64,000 nt of DNA from an uncultured Chloroflexia bacterium. GTDB taxonomy: Bacteria > Chloroflexota > Chloroflexia > QHBQ01 > JADMIH01. A model generated the notes under the pieces. The model was not told where the DNA came from, did no database searches, and saw nothing but the letters and a program-made list of their open reading frames with translations. The number at the start of each line of letters is the position of its first letter. The first letter of the stretch is position 1. Location: positions 32,001 through 96,000 of the forward strand of contig CAWCNY010000001.1 in NCBI GenBank assembly GCA_963797095.1. Direction: 5' to 3'. Position numbers and translations under genes: made by a program. Positions 29,174 through 42,906 of this stretch are shown one piece after another.

Positions 29174-30316
29174 CTAAGGCCGATCAGCGATGCTTGCCAT
29201 TTGCGCCGGTTCTGCTTCCTCTGTCTCCCCGCTCTCCCCGATCTCCCCGATCTCCCCGCTCTCCCCGCTCTCCCCGATCTCCCCCGCTTCTGCCCCCTCG
29301 TCTTCCTCCCCTCCTTCCATCTCTCGGCTCTCCAGACTCTGAATAGAACCGTACCCGAAATTCCCGTTCGCACCATCACCTGTTCTTTCACTTCGCCCCT
29401 GCCCCTGCCCCTGCACCTGTTGCTGTTGAAGACGCTGGCGAAAACGAAACGACTCTCCAACAAACTCCAGAATGTGTGCTTTGTGCGTGAGCCGGTCCAA
29501 AAGTGCAGCCGTCATTCGCTCATCTCCTAACACACTGTTCCAATCTCCAAATCGCAGGTTCGTAGTTATGATGATTGCCACTCTCTCGTAAAGGGTCGAA
29601 CAGAACTGGAAGAGCAACTGCGCACCCGCCGCTGTAAATGGTATGAAGCCTAGCTCGTCCAGCACAATCACCTGCTGCTTGCACATCTGTGTCATGAAAC
29701 GGGACAATCGCAGCTCCTGTTGTGCCTGGATCATATCATTGATTAAGCCTGCTACGTTGTAGAAGCGCACATGATGGCCCTGACGGCAAGCCGCAAGGGC
29801 AAGACTTGTGGCAATATGGGTCTTGCCAAGCCCTGGATTGCCAACCAAAAGGATCGGCTCTGCCCTCTGAATGTACCCACCCTGAGCCAGTTCAAGTACC
29901 CTCGTCTTGGCTAAACCCTGCACGACACTGAAATCGAAGTCAGCAAGCTCTTTGAGCACCGGGAATTTGGCGGAGGCGATAGAGCGTTCCACTCGATGCA
30001 CTTCTCGTTGGCCTACCTCTCCTTCAGCCAGAGCTAACAGAAAACGTTCATAGCTGAGGTTGGTCTGTGCGGCATCTTGAGCCAACTTCTGGTAGTGTTG
30101 CACGAAGCTGGGCAATCGTAACTGGCGTAGATAGCTTTCCAGCAACATGTGATGTTCTGTCGCCCTTGCTGCCCTTGCTGGCTTTACCGTGTTCGTATTC
30201 GCCGTGTTCACGGTCTGCGTCCTCTCCGTTCTCTCCCTCTCTTTCTCCAATTCATCCTCCTTGAAGCAGTTGCTCATAACGACGTAAGTCGATGGGCTGG
30301 CTGCCGATTTTGCCAA
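29174..30316 (-). CDS. istB: IS21 helper ATPase IstB with low-complexity acidic tail
   Basis: GNPGLGKTH, LDELGF, TTNL.F..W, LDRLTH...F.GESFR; true start may be downstream (~30148). Confidence 0.92.
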   Translation of the reverse strand: MAKSAASPSTYVVMSNCFKEDELEKERERTERTQTVNTANTNTVKPARAARATEHHMLLESYLRQLRLPSFVQHYQKLAQDAAQTNLSYERFLLALAEGEVGQREVHRVERSIASAKFPVLKELADFDFSVVQGLAKTRVLELAQGGYIQRAEPILLVGNPGLGKTHIATSLALAACRQGHHVRFYNVAGLINDMIQAQQELRLSRFMTQMCKQQVIVLDELGFIPFTAAGAQLLFQFCSTLYERVAIIITTNLRFGDWNSVLGDERMTAALLDRLTHKAHILEFVGESFRFRQRLQQQQVQGQGQGRSERTGDGANGNFGYGSIQSLESREMEGGEEDEGAEAGEIGESGESGEIGEIGESGETEEAEPAQMASIADRP

Positions 30317-31946
30317 TGGCTTGCAGGTGTGGGTGATCGGCCAGCCCTACCAGATCAAGACCTGCAAGCATGGTCAGCTCTGTTTCAGGCGTGGTGAGTT
30401 GCCTCAAACAATGGGTAACTCCATCAAAATGAACACACCCATACGAAAGAGCCTGCCCAACTGCTCGCTCCACAAGCACAGCGGGATAATCCTGATGAAG
30501 TTGCAAGATGCGGACAAACTCCTTCACTCCTCTGCCTTCCGGCCACTTCTCCCGTAACAGTTCCAACGCCTTCTCATATGTAGGTGGCCATTTGGCTCGC
30601 CACCGGCGCAATGGTTTGGCATAATCGAATGCCCCTGGCCGCTGAGCGAGCAAAGGCAGGTAATGCAGTGGCTCGAAGATATCCTGCTCTCGCTCGTAGC
30701 AGCGGGGATGACGGGCAAGCAATCCTGGTAGGCCGGAGCGGCCGGGCTGGTCATGCGATTGATTACGTGGCTGGCCATCGTTGGGATTGGGGTTGGGATT
30801 GGGGTCGAATATGTCCACATGGAAAGGGTAAGCCTTGACGATCACTTCTCGCCTTGCTCTCTCGACGGGCACCGAGTAGCGATTGGTCTCAAAGATCACC
30901 TGGCTGTATGGAGTGAGATGTGCCGTGCTCGTCACGCAACATTCATATTGGTAGGAAGGTAGAGGACGCAGATGAGGTAGCTCCTGCTCCCAGGCTTCTT
31001 TGATGGTGGTGGGTTGGCGCGCAACCCGGCGCTGATCATCTCGCAGGCACTCGCTCAGAAGAAAGATGTTCAATGCTTCAAATGAGGCCACATCTGGGAT
31101 AGGTACCAGGAAGTTGCGGCGGCTAAACCCTACGCTGTGTTCAACACCTCCCTTCTCATGCCCTTGTCCAGGCGTGCAGAAGTGGCTCTCGAACAGGTAA
31201 TGACTACGAAAGGCTACGAATGCTCTCTGCTCTCGTCGTACTCGTCCTTCGATCAGGAGGCGCACCGAGCTGAAAGAGGCAACCGGATCCACCGCCGAGG
31301 CCAGGTTGTCGTAGCTGATACGTTGGGGAACTCCACCAAAGTGCTGGAAAGCTGCCACATGACCGGCAAAGAAGGCTTCTTGTTTCTGCGAGGGGTAGGC
31401 CATCACGAAGGATCGCCTTGAGTAGTTCAGACGCATGATGAACAACTGCACGGTTTGGCGCTCGCCACCGATGACGGCAACAGCTTCACCCCAGTCAACC
31501 TGGGCGTCCTTCCCAGGCTCGAACTCTAGTGGTATGAACAGGGGTGGTGCGTGATGGGCTTTGCGATATCTGCTCACGTGCAATCGCACGCGAGACTCGC
31601 TACCCTGGTAGCCTTCCTTGACCAAAAGTTCAAAGATCTTGCGAGCGGTGTAGCGTTGTTTGCGTGGGAGACGGTCGTTTTGCTGTAGGAGTTCGTCGAC
31701 ACGGGTCTGGAAAGAGCCGAACACCGGAGCGGGTCTAGGTTTGGTGCGCCGGTAAGTTGGGTAAGGGTACGGTTGGTAGAATTGGGACTGGGATGGGTCC
31801 TGAGCCTGGGCTTGGGCTTGGGCAATGGCTTTGTCAACAGTCTTGCGGGAGTGCCTTTGTTCTCGTGCGATCTGCCTGACACTCTTGTGTTCGAGGTAGA
31901 AGGCGCGGCGGATGGCTTCGTGTTGTTCCACGGTAATCATCTCCAC
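30252..31946 (-). CDS. istA: IS21 transposase IstA
   Basis: PGKDAQVDWG, YDNL, HEKGGVE, NRYSVP. Confidence 0.93.
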   Translation of the reverse strand: MEMITVEQHEAIRRAFYLEHKSVRQIAREQRHSRKTVDKAIAQAQAQAQDPSQSQFYQPYPYPTYRRTKPRPAPVFGSFQTRVDELLQQNDRLPRKQRYTARKIFELLVKEGYQGSESRVRLHVSRYRKAHHAPPLFIPLEFEPGKDAQVDWGEAVAVIGGERQTVQLFIMRLNYSRRSFVMAYPSQKQEAFFAGHVAAFQHFGGVPQRISYDNLASAVDPVASFSSVRLLIEGRVRREQRAFVAFRSHYLFESHFCTPGQGHEKGGVEHSVGFSRRNFLVPIPDVASFEALNIFLLSECLRDDQRRVARQPTTIKEAWEQELPHLRPLPSYQYECCVTSTAHLTPYSQVIFETNRYSVPVERARREVIVKAYPFHVDIFDPNPNPNPNDGQPRNQSHDQPGRSGLPGLLARHPRCYEREQDIFEPLHYLPLLAQRPGAFDYAKPLRRWRAKWPPTYEKALELLREKWPEGRGVKEFVRILQLHQDYPAVLVERAVGQALSYGCVHFDGVTHCLRQLTTPETELTMLAGLDLVGLADHPHLQAIGKIGSQPIDLRRYEQLLQGG

Positions 31947-32442
31947 CTCTCTTTGCTATCGTATCGTTTGCGGTCTAACGGTCTAGCCGAGTAACCGAAA
32001 GGCAACATCTTTGCCTTGTCCCAACGATAGCAAAGAGAGAGCTAAGTGGCTCCCTTTTTGACTGTCAAGATTTCATCGAATGGCTCCCTTTTACATTAGC
32101 AGAAACACAATATGAGCAGCCGGTCCAGGCATTCTTCTCTGGCCGAGCGGATCCATCTTTCAGCGAAGGCGTTCGCCCTTGGTGCTCTGTAAGGAGTAAG
32201 TACCGTTTCGATACCTTCTGACTCGAATACCCTGTCGAATGACGAAGCGAACTTGGCGTCCCGGTCGTGGATCAGGAAGCGTATGGGCAACTCTCGGTCT
32301 CCCACATCCTGCATGTCCTGGAGATCCCACGCCAAGATATGTGCCTGTTGTGTGACCCATGCAGACGTCGGGTGGGCTGTACAACCGGCAAGGTGGACTC
32401 TGCGTGTGCTGAGCTCTATGAAGAACAGGACGTACAGGGTCT

Positions 32443-32751
32443 GTGATGACTCCGCATGGCGTAAACGCCAGCAGCTTCTACGGTTTTGCACCGATGCATA
32501 CTCATCCATATGCCATTAAGGTTGCACTATAGGAGACACCTAAGATGCTTTTACGCTGCACAAGGGTTTCGTGCAACAACCCGCTAACATCTTGCAATTT
32601 CAAAGTGCGGACTACTACCCGAAGGCAATAGTGGCGTGTAGCATTGGTTAGCTTCCACGTTACTTCAATTATGCGACAAAGGAGAGACTATGAGCAACCT
32701 TTTATCAGCCGAACCACAGCCCATAAATGGGCATGGCTTTCAAGGTTTTCT
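32443..32751 (-). mobile_element. 309-bp non-autonomous IS200/IS605-family element (no ORF)
   Basis: Inserted 3' of TTAC without TSD; left end AAAG guide plus hairpin; right end GAAG guide plus hairpin ending TCAC; removal restores ...ETIRLQTLYV... Confidence 0.8.
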
Positions 32752-33474
32752 GTAAGCGTATTGTCTCCAGCGTCAAGAAATCGCAGGCGAGCATTTCGCC
32801 GGCATAGTGACCAAGGAAGTTGCGCCAATTGCTCCCTTGCTTCTTCCGCTGGGGAGACGGACGGATGTGATGGCGTTTGAGCACGTTTCTAACACTGGAT
32901 CGGCTGACTGTGTACCCGAGCTTGAGCAACTCGCCCTGGATCTTGCTGTAGCCCCATCTTGGGTTCTCGTTGGCCAGGCGCGCTATCAGTTGTTCCAGCT
33001 CACTTGCAACAGGCGGCCTGCCGGTTGGTTTGCCTTGTGGAAAGGTCCACTTGCGTCGTACCAGTTGCCTGTGCCAGCGAAGCACAGTATCGGGCTTGAA
33101 CAGCAGCAGGACCTCGTCGAGTCGCCTGCCTGTGCCGACAGAGCATCTTCTGAACTGGACAGCGAGCACAGCAAGAATGCCTTTCTCCCATTTGGAGACG
33201 CGGGGTGCCTGAGCAAATTTGCGCTGCACGATACGGAGCTGGTGACGCAGCAGTAGTATCTCCATGTCCTTTTCGGAATCCGATAGACGTCTGGTAGCAA
33301 GTAGGTTAAGGAGTAGCCCCAAGAGGCCCTGGACTGAATGAAGGTAGGTGTGCATGGTTCAAGCATAAGCCGACTTTCCCGTCTGCACAAGGCACCTGCA
33401 GGCTTCGGATGCTTATTTACACACTACAGGCTAAAAGCAAAGAGGGAGGAGAAAGAGAGTAAAGGGAAAGAGAT

Positions 33475-33592
33475 GCCCCGCAATGGCCTACTTTCCCACA
33501 GCCGGGTAGCTGAAGTATCATCGGCGCTGTACTGTTTCACTTCCAGGTTCGGGATGGGGCTGGGTGGGTCCAGTACGCTCTGACCACGGAAC
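33475..33592 (-). rRNA. rrf: 5S rRNA
   Basis: CCCATCCCGAAC...GAAGTGAA...CGCCGATGATAC...GTGGGAAAGTAGG conserved motifs; ends approximate. Confidence 0.92.
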
Positions 33593-33794
33593 AAAATTCC
33601 CCTTCTCTCTCTTTCTCCTCCCTCCATGCGTTGGGAGTACCTAAGAGAAAAGGCAAGCAGACGAATTGAGCGGTTTTGGGTAACTGAGTAACCTATTTGC
33701 GTCTGTGATGAAATTGTTTGATGCTTGCTCTTGCTTGTGCTTACCTTTTGCAATCCTCTTGAGGAGGATGAACAGAGGGGGTAAGCCGAAAGCG

Positions 33795-36986
<3,192 letters not shown>

Positions 36987-37463
36987 TAACTCTCAGCCTA
37001 CCCCCTCCGTTCACAACTCCGACAGGAGGTGAATGAAGGAAGCACGCAAAAAGCGCATCAAACAATTATTTCATTCGTAGCGCAAATGTGGTTACTCATA
37101 TCACACACTTGATCGGTAATCTTATGTGCGAAATTGTATCCCAATTTTGCTTTTCTTCGTTGCTTGCTATTCTCTTGGTAAGGTGCTGGCACCCCTAGGT
37201 GCTCACTCCCTGAGGAGCCTGTCAGCCTTGTGACTGCCAGTCTTCGACCTTGTGCAGGGCGAGGAGCGGAAGTCGTTGCGGCTTATTTTGTATTTTGGTG
37301 TTTAGTGAGCTTGCAGATGTGGTCGAATGGCAACAAAAGAGGCTTGGGCACTCGCGCCTCAAGCCTTGGCGGCTGTTGGTATGCGAGATGGCCTATCTGG
37401 TTGTGGCCTCAACTATGTGCATGCTTTGCTCTTTCTTTGCACCATTTCCCAGGCGCAACACTA

Positions 37464-37492
37464 AGTATACTAAAGCCTCAGGCCTTTGTCAA
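37464..37492 (-). promoter_or_regulatory. Sigma70 promoter for 23S-5S
   Basis: TTGACA-N17-TATACT; boxA-like GCACCTTACCAA at ~37175-37186 downstream. Confidence 0.85.
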
Positions 37493-37677
37493 GCAGATTT
37501 AAGCCCTTTTCAATCGATTTGCCAGGGATCATTGTTCAATTTGCCAGGGATCATTGTTCGCTAATCAAGTTCAGAGTGCTTATGGAGTTTGGTTGGCATA
37601 GCATATTCAAGTGACATGAAAATGTGTGTCCCATATGCGATAATATTGAGGAACATGGCACTCCTTGGATAGTGCTG

Positions 37678-38574
37678 ATGAGAGACAAGCAACAAACATT
37701 CGCATTGTTCTTTCCCGAGCCTTTGGCCAATATAGACCAGGCTAATCTCCTTATGTCGCGCGTTCAGCGCGTCGAAATGTTACTCAGTGTGGCGCGCAAC
37801 AATCCGGCCCAGCTAAATTGGCTTGCAGCACACGGCATCCGGGCTATTTTTCGTGTAGAAGAGCCATCGCGGGGGAATATCGCCGAGGTGGCTGCTTCTT
37901 ATTACCGACCTGACGGGCGTGTTAGCGTTACTCATAGGCTTGCTGAGATCAGGGCAAGCGCGCCCGGTCTGACTATCGAAGCTGTTATCGCGGGTAATGA
38001 ACCCGAAGTTGAATACGACCTCCGCCGCAACACCCCCACCTGGGGCGACCTACCCGAGGCTACTTTTCCGCAGGGACGGGTCTGGGAACACCGCTTTGCT
38101 GTCAGTGAATTGCGCCGGTTGCTGGCCCCTACTGTGGTGGTAGCGCCCGGGTGGTCGCATAAGCAGCAAACACCACGCGATGCTCCCGAACCTGGACGTG
38201 CCACGTGGGGCCGCATACTGGCGGACGTATACAACCAGGGCCCCGCTGCCATGCACGCGTATTGCATCAACTGGCTCGGCAGTGAAGACGAACACCGCTT
38301 GCTTTGGTGGGTGAAGCACGAGCTTGAGCGGATCCATAGCGACGTGTGGGTTGATGAGATCAATGTGGTAACTCATACACTCGATAGCGAGCCTGTTGAG
38401 AGGATGCGAGCGGTGTTGGGGATGTATGACCTGATCGCGGCCCAGGACTGGTCATCGGTGATAAAGAGCTTCTGCCCGTTCGTAGCAAACGGGCGATCTG
38501 ATCAGGGGTGGTCAAACATGATTATGAATGACCGGAACTGTTATAGCCTGCTGGCGCAGTGGATTCAGACTTGA
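37678..38574 (+). CDS. Clan GH-A-like glycoside hydrolase (TIM barrel) in the 16S-23S spacer
   Basis: AGNEP (acid/base), AMHAY and VWVDEIN (nucleophile) motifs; start uncertain (37624 or 37678). Confidence 0.6.
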   Translation: MRDKQQTFALFFPEPLANIDQANLLMSRVQRVEMLLSVARNNPAQLNWLAAHGIRAIFRVEEPSRGNIAEVAASYYRPDGRVSVTHRLAEIRASAPGLTIEAVIAGNEPEVEYDLRRNTPTWGDLPEATFPQGRVWEHRFAVSELRRLLAPTVVVAPGWSHKQQTPRDAPEPGRATWGRILADVYNQGPAAMHAYCINWLGSEDEHRLLWWVKHELERIHSDVWVDEINVVTHTLDSEPVERMRAVLGMYDLIAAQDWSSVIKSFCPFVANGRSDQGWSNMIMNDRNCYSLLAQWIQT

Positions 38575-38578
38575 GGTT

Positions 38579-38633
38579 GGTGAATCAAAACAGCGCAGCC
38601 GGTACAAAGACCGTTGCGCTGTTTTGATTCACC
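38579..38633. terminator. Long hairpin between the converging ORF and tRNA (bidirectional terminator)
   Basis: GGTGAATCAAAACAGCGCA...TGCGCTGTTTTGATTCACC inverted repeat. Confidence 0.7.
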
Positions 38634-38635
38634 GG

Positions 38636-38708
38636 TGGACCTGAGGAGACTCGAACTCCTGACCTCCGCCGTGCAAAGGCGGCGCTCTCCCAGCTAAGCT
38701 ACAGGCCC
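38636..38708 (-). tRNA. tRNA-Ala(TGC), CCA not encoded
   Basis: Cloverleaf GGGCCTGTAGCTTAGCTGGGAGAGC...TTGCAC...GTTCGAGTC; G3:U70 pair. Confidence 0.95.
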
Positions 38709-38720
38709 ATACTGCCCGTT

Positions 38721-38749
38721 ATTATATCAACTCCGGACCTACTCCGCAA
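38721..38749 (-). promoter_or_regulatory. Sigma70 promoter for tRNA-Ala
   Basis: TTGCGG-N17-TATAAT ~12 nt upstream of the tRNA. Confidence 0.7.
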
Positions 38750-38762
38750 ACTACGCTCAAGC

Positions 38763-38786
38763 AAAAGGCACCCTCGGTAGGGTGCC
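38763..38786 (-). terminator. Terminator downstream of 16S
   Basis: GGCACCCT-ACCG-AGGGTGCC followed by TTTT. Confidence 0.7.
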
Positions 38787-38999
38787 CTGGCCTTGGCCAA
38801 CTGAAGGGTGGAGACAAGCACAGAGAACGAGACGACAAGAAAGGTGTTCATCTTGAGCAAGGCTGATGGGTTAGAACAGCTTTGCTTTTGTTAGTCAATG
38901 ACTAACAGGTAGGTTACGCCGGTCCGAGGACCGACGGTTGACCTGGGATCGTCCGAACTTGGAGTGAGCAAGCTCACCAAGCGAGGAACAAACTCCCTA

Positions 39000-40558
<1,559 letters not shown>

Positions 40559-40738
40559 AAAAAACCTTGAAAATCGTCACACGACTTTCAACATTCGCTT
40601 GGGTGTTCAGGTGAACACCTCAGCCCCTTGTTTGAAGGAACTGACTTGTTTTTCTCGTTATTTGTGGATTATCTCCACTCTTCAGTTGTTAAGGTTCATT
40701 TTGCCTTTTTACACGCCCTTTTCTGGGGCGCAAAAGTA

Positions 40739-40767
40739 ATTGTACTAAATCCGGAAGGGCTTGTCAA
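40739..40767 (-). promoter_or_regulatory. Sigma70 promoter for 16S
   Basis: TTGACA-N17-TACAAT; boxA-like GAACCTTAACAA at ~40686-40697. Confidence 0.88.
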
Positions 40768-41044
40768 GGAAAAATGAGATAATTCTGTGGGATTTGCCAG
40801 GATTCTTTGTACACGAAGATGCGAAGGGTTGTTGGTATTGCGTATTGCGTAGTTCGTCTGGCGTAGTGCGTACTGCTTATTGCTTATCGGTTAGTTGGGT
40901 ATGGGGAAGAGGGTGCACTTGCTGGTTGGGCTTGTGCACCCTTTTCCTTTTTGGTTTGTTGGTTTTGTGCTCTGCCTTTGGGGATCTTGCTCGCTGTGGG
41001 CACTCTGTGGGTTGGTTGGCTGCCAAAGTGTGGTTTTGGAGAGC

Positions 41045-41072
41045 GAGATCCTTCGCTTCGCTCAGGATGACA
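41045..41072. repeat. REP-like palindromic unit
   Basis: GAGATCCTTCGCTTCGCTCAGGATGACA, a pattern resembling widespread intergenic REP-like units. Confidence 0.55.
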
Positions 41073-41146
41073 AGGACCTTGTTGGTTCGTTTGCTTGTGG
41101 GTCTGTCGTTAGCTGAGCGGCGGATGGTTGGCTTTTGGGATAGGAA

Positions 41147-41498
41147 TGGTGTCCCTGTGGCGCAACTGGTACTTGTGGCGCAGGGTTCCTCTTGCCTTTA
41201 GAGGGTGTGACACGAATGCACACTGGATTACTGCTCCGTGTTGGTCCCCTTAGGGGCCGGTGGTGGGAGACCGGAGCGGTTGGTGGTCTTGTTGGTGATG
41301 GTGATGGTGGTGATGGTGGTGATGGTGGTGTTGAGAGAGCCACCGGCTTCTGGCTGACCATTCTTTTGGTTTGTAAGGTGCTGGCAGTAGTGATGGTTTA
41401 TGTGGTTTGTAAAGGTGCTAACGCAAAGATACACAGGGACACCAGTCTTGTCTCTATGTCCTCCTTGCTGCGCGGCTCGGAGGTGAATTAGCTATTCC
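41147..41498 (-). ncRNA. Candidate structured ncRNA of unknown family
   Basis: Own promoter, 13-bp perfect closing stem (41432-41444/41147-41159), two boxA-like motifs, internal hairpins, no credible ORF. Confidence 0.5.
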
Positions 41499-41505
41499 AC
41501 TCTTG

Positions 41506-41534
41506 ATCTTAGCACAGATGTTCTGTGTTTGCAA
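41506..41534 (-). promoter_or_regulatory. Sigma70 promoter with operator-like palindrome in the spacer
   Basis: TTGCAA-N17-TAAGAT with extended TG; CACAGA-N3-TCTGTG / AGAAC-N4-GTGCT in the spacer. Confidence 0.65.
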
Positions 41535-41616
41535 GTAGCCATTGGAATGGTCTTTGACGAGTGACGAGTGGCGAGTGACGAGTGGCGAGTGGGAAGTATA
41601 TTGTATTTGGATAGGG

Positions 41617-42018
41617 TCAGCTTGCCTTTAGCTCTGAGGTGCATTCGGGGCAGCGGGTTGCGCCGAGGGGGATCGTGGAGAGGCAGTAGGGGCACTCTTT
41701 GGTGTTGGTGACGGCGGGAGTTGCGGGGCGCATTCTGTTGTAGGCTTTCAGGACGAGGAAGATGGAGAATGCTACTACAAGGAAGTTGATAAGCGCGTTT
41801 ATGAAGGAGCCGTAGGCGATTATGCCGTTGCCGATGTTGAAGGTGAGGCTGCTGAAATCGGGCTGTCCGAAGATGGCGGCGATTATCTGCATGAGGATGT
41901 CTTTCACGAACGAGTTGACCACCGCCCCGAACGCAGCCCCGATGATAACGGCCACCGCCAGGTCGAGCACATTGCCTCTATTGATAAATGCCTTGAATTC
42001 ATCGAGCATTTCTTTCAT
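41617..42018 (-). CDS. mscL: Large-conductance mechanosensitive channel with C-terminal zinc ribbon
   Basis: EFKAFINRGNVLDLAVAVIIGAAF; CPYC...CPEC tail. Confidence 0.93.
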   Translation of the reverse strand: MKEMLDEFKAFINRGNVLDLAVAVIIGAAFGAVVNSFVKDILMQIIAAIFGQPDFSSLTFNIGNGIIAYGSFINALINFLVVAFSIFLVLKAYNRMRPATPAVTNTKECPYCLSTIPLGATRCPECTSELKAS

Positions 42019-42279
42019 AGTGTTCTCCTGTGGTCGTTTATTGTAACCGTGTGAAAGCAGCCATCTGCTCAACGGTTGGCATTTGTGTTAGACTCCACCT
42101 ACCGGCATCTTCATGGGCTAAATGCAACTTTTCGGGGAGAACAGTTGTCTTAATAGGTATGGATGCCGGTGTGCGCCAATACGAGCCTCAGGAGAAAAGT
42201 CCTTTCTCCGATACCAACGCCCGCGCAGGTGCGCACAGAGTATAATAATTGCTACATTTATTGTCAATAGGATTGCACG

Positions 42280-42894
42280 ATGAGCAACGAACAGACTTTT
42301 CGCATCGCTCCCTATAACGTTGTCGCCTGGATTTGGACCATCACATACGTAGTGGCCCTGTTCTTTTTCGGTATTCGCCTGAGCACAACATTGGCCGGTG
42401 GACTTGTCCCCGATCCTCTGGATCTTGTGTTCACTATTCTGCTCTTGTTTGTGGTGGTGTTTGCCTGGCTGCGCTCTGTGCGCTCCTATGCAATCGCAGG
42501 GGGGCAGCTTGTGATCGTGAGGGCAGGACCAGGCAGACTGGCTATCCCTCTTGACGAAATAACGCGAGCGCTTGCTGACGCATCAATCGGCTCTTTCTTT
42601 AATGTCAGTTTCTTGAGCACAGGTGGCGTGTTCGGCTGGGCGGGCCGGGCCAGGGTGCGTAACCCCTCAGACCTCAAGTCGATGGACGCCGAGGTGTATG
42701 GCACGAATCCAAAGTTCGCGGTGCTGGTCGAGCTACGAAGCGGGCGTAAACTGGTGCTCACGCCGACGGACCCTAAGGGCCTGGAGACCGCCCTGCATAT
42801 CGATGGCGCAGGCTCTGAAGTAGCGGTGAAGCGAACGGAGGTAGCCGCCAGGCCCGATTCTGCGAAGCCCTGGTTGCAGGGCGGCAAGAAGTAG
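42280..42894 (+). CDS. Membrane protein with bacterial PH domain
   Basis: Two TM helices; GGVFGWAG, VYGTN, LVLTP.DP. Confidence 0.7.
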   Translation: MSNEQTFRIAPYNVVAWIWTITYVVALFFFGIRLSTTLAGGLVPDPLDLVFTILLLFVVVFAWLRSVRSYAIAGGQLVIVRAGPGRLAIPLDEITRALADASIGSFFNVSFLSTGGVFGWAGRARVRNPSDLKSMDAEVYGTNPKFAVLVELRSGRKLVLTPTDPKGLETALHIDGAGSEVAVKRTEVAARPDSAKPWLQGGKK

Positions 42895-42906
42895 CCTGGA
42901 TCTACA

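Larger units (their letters stand above)
28016..32107 (-). mobile_element. IS21-family element with two passenger genes
   Basis: Ends TGTTTTTGTCAATAGAAAAGGGAGCCA / TGTTTCTGCTAATGTAAAAGGGAGCCA with multiple internal AAAAGGGAGCCA repeats; 6-bp TSD CAATAT at 28010-28015 and 32108-32113. Confidence 0.92.
27738..33428 (-). mobile_element. rve integrase-core IS (TGTAGTGT... ends) interrupted by an IS21 and an IS605-type mini-element
   Basis: Transposase pieces 33355-32752, 32442-32108 and 28015-27818 rejoin into one contiguous protein; left end TGTAGTGTGTAAATAAG at 33428. Confidence 0.82.

Noticed and set aside
32443-32751. Possible IStron (self-splicing group I intron) because the insert length is a multiple of 3
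   Set aside because: No register gives a U-ending 5' exon with a G-ending intron, and I recognised no group I core.
41062-41491. Short ORFs across the candidate ncRNA
   Set aside because: Low-complexity products of repeats without good RBS-start pairing; the AAGGAGG present is not followed by a standard start codon.
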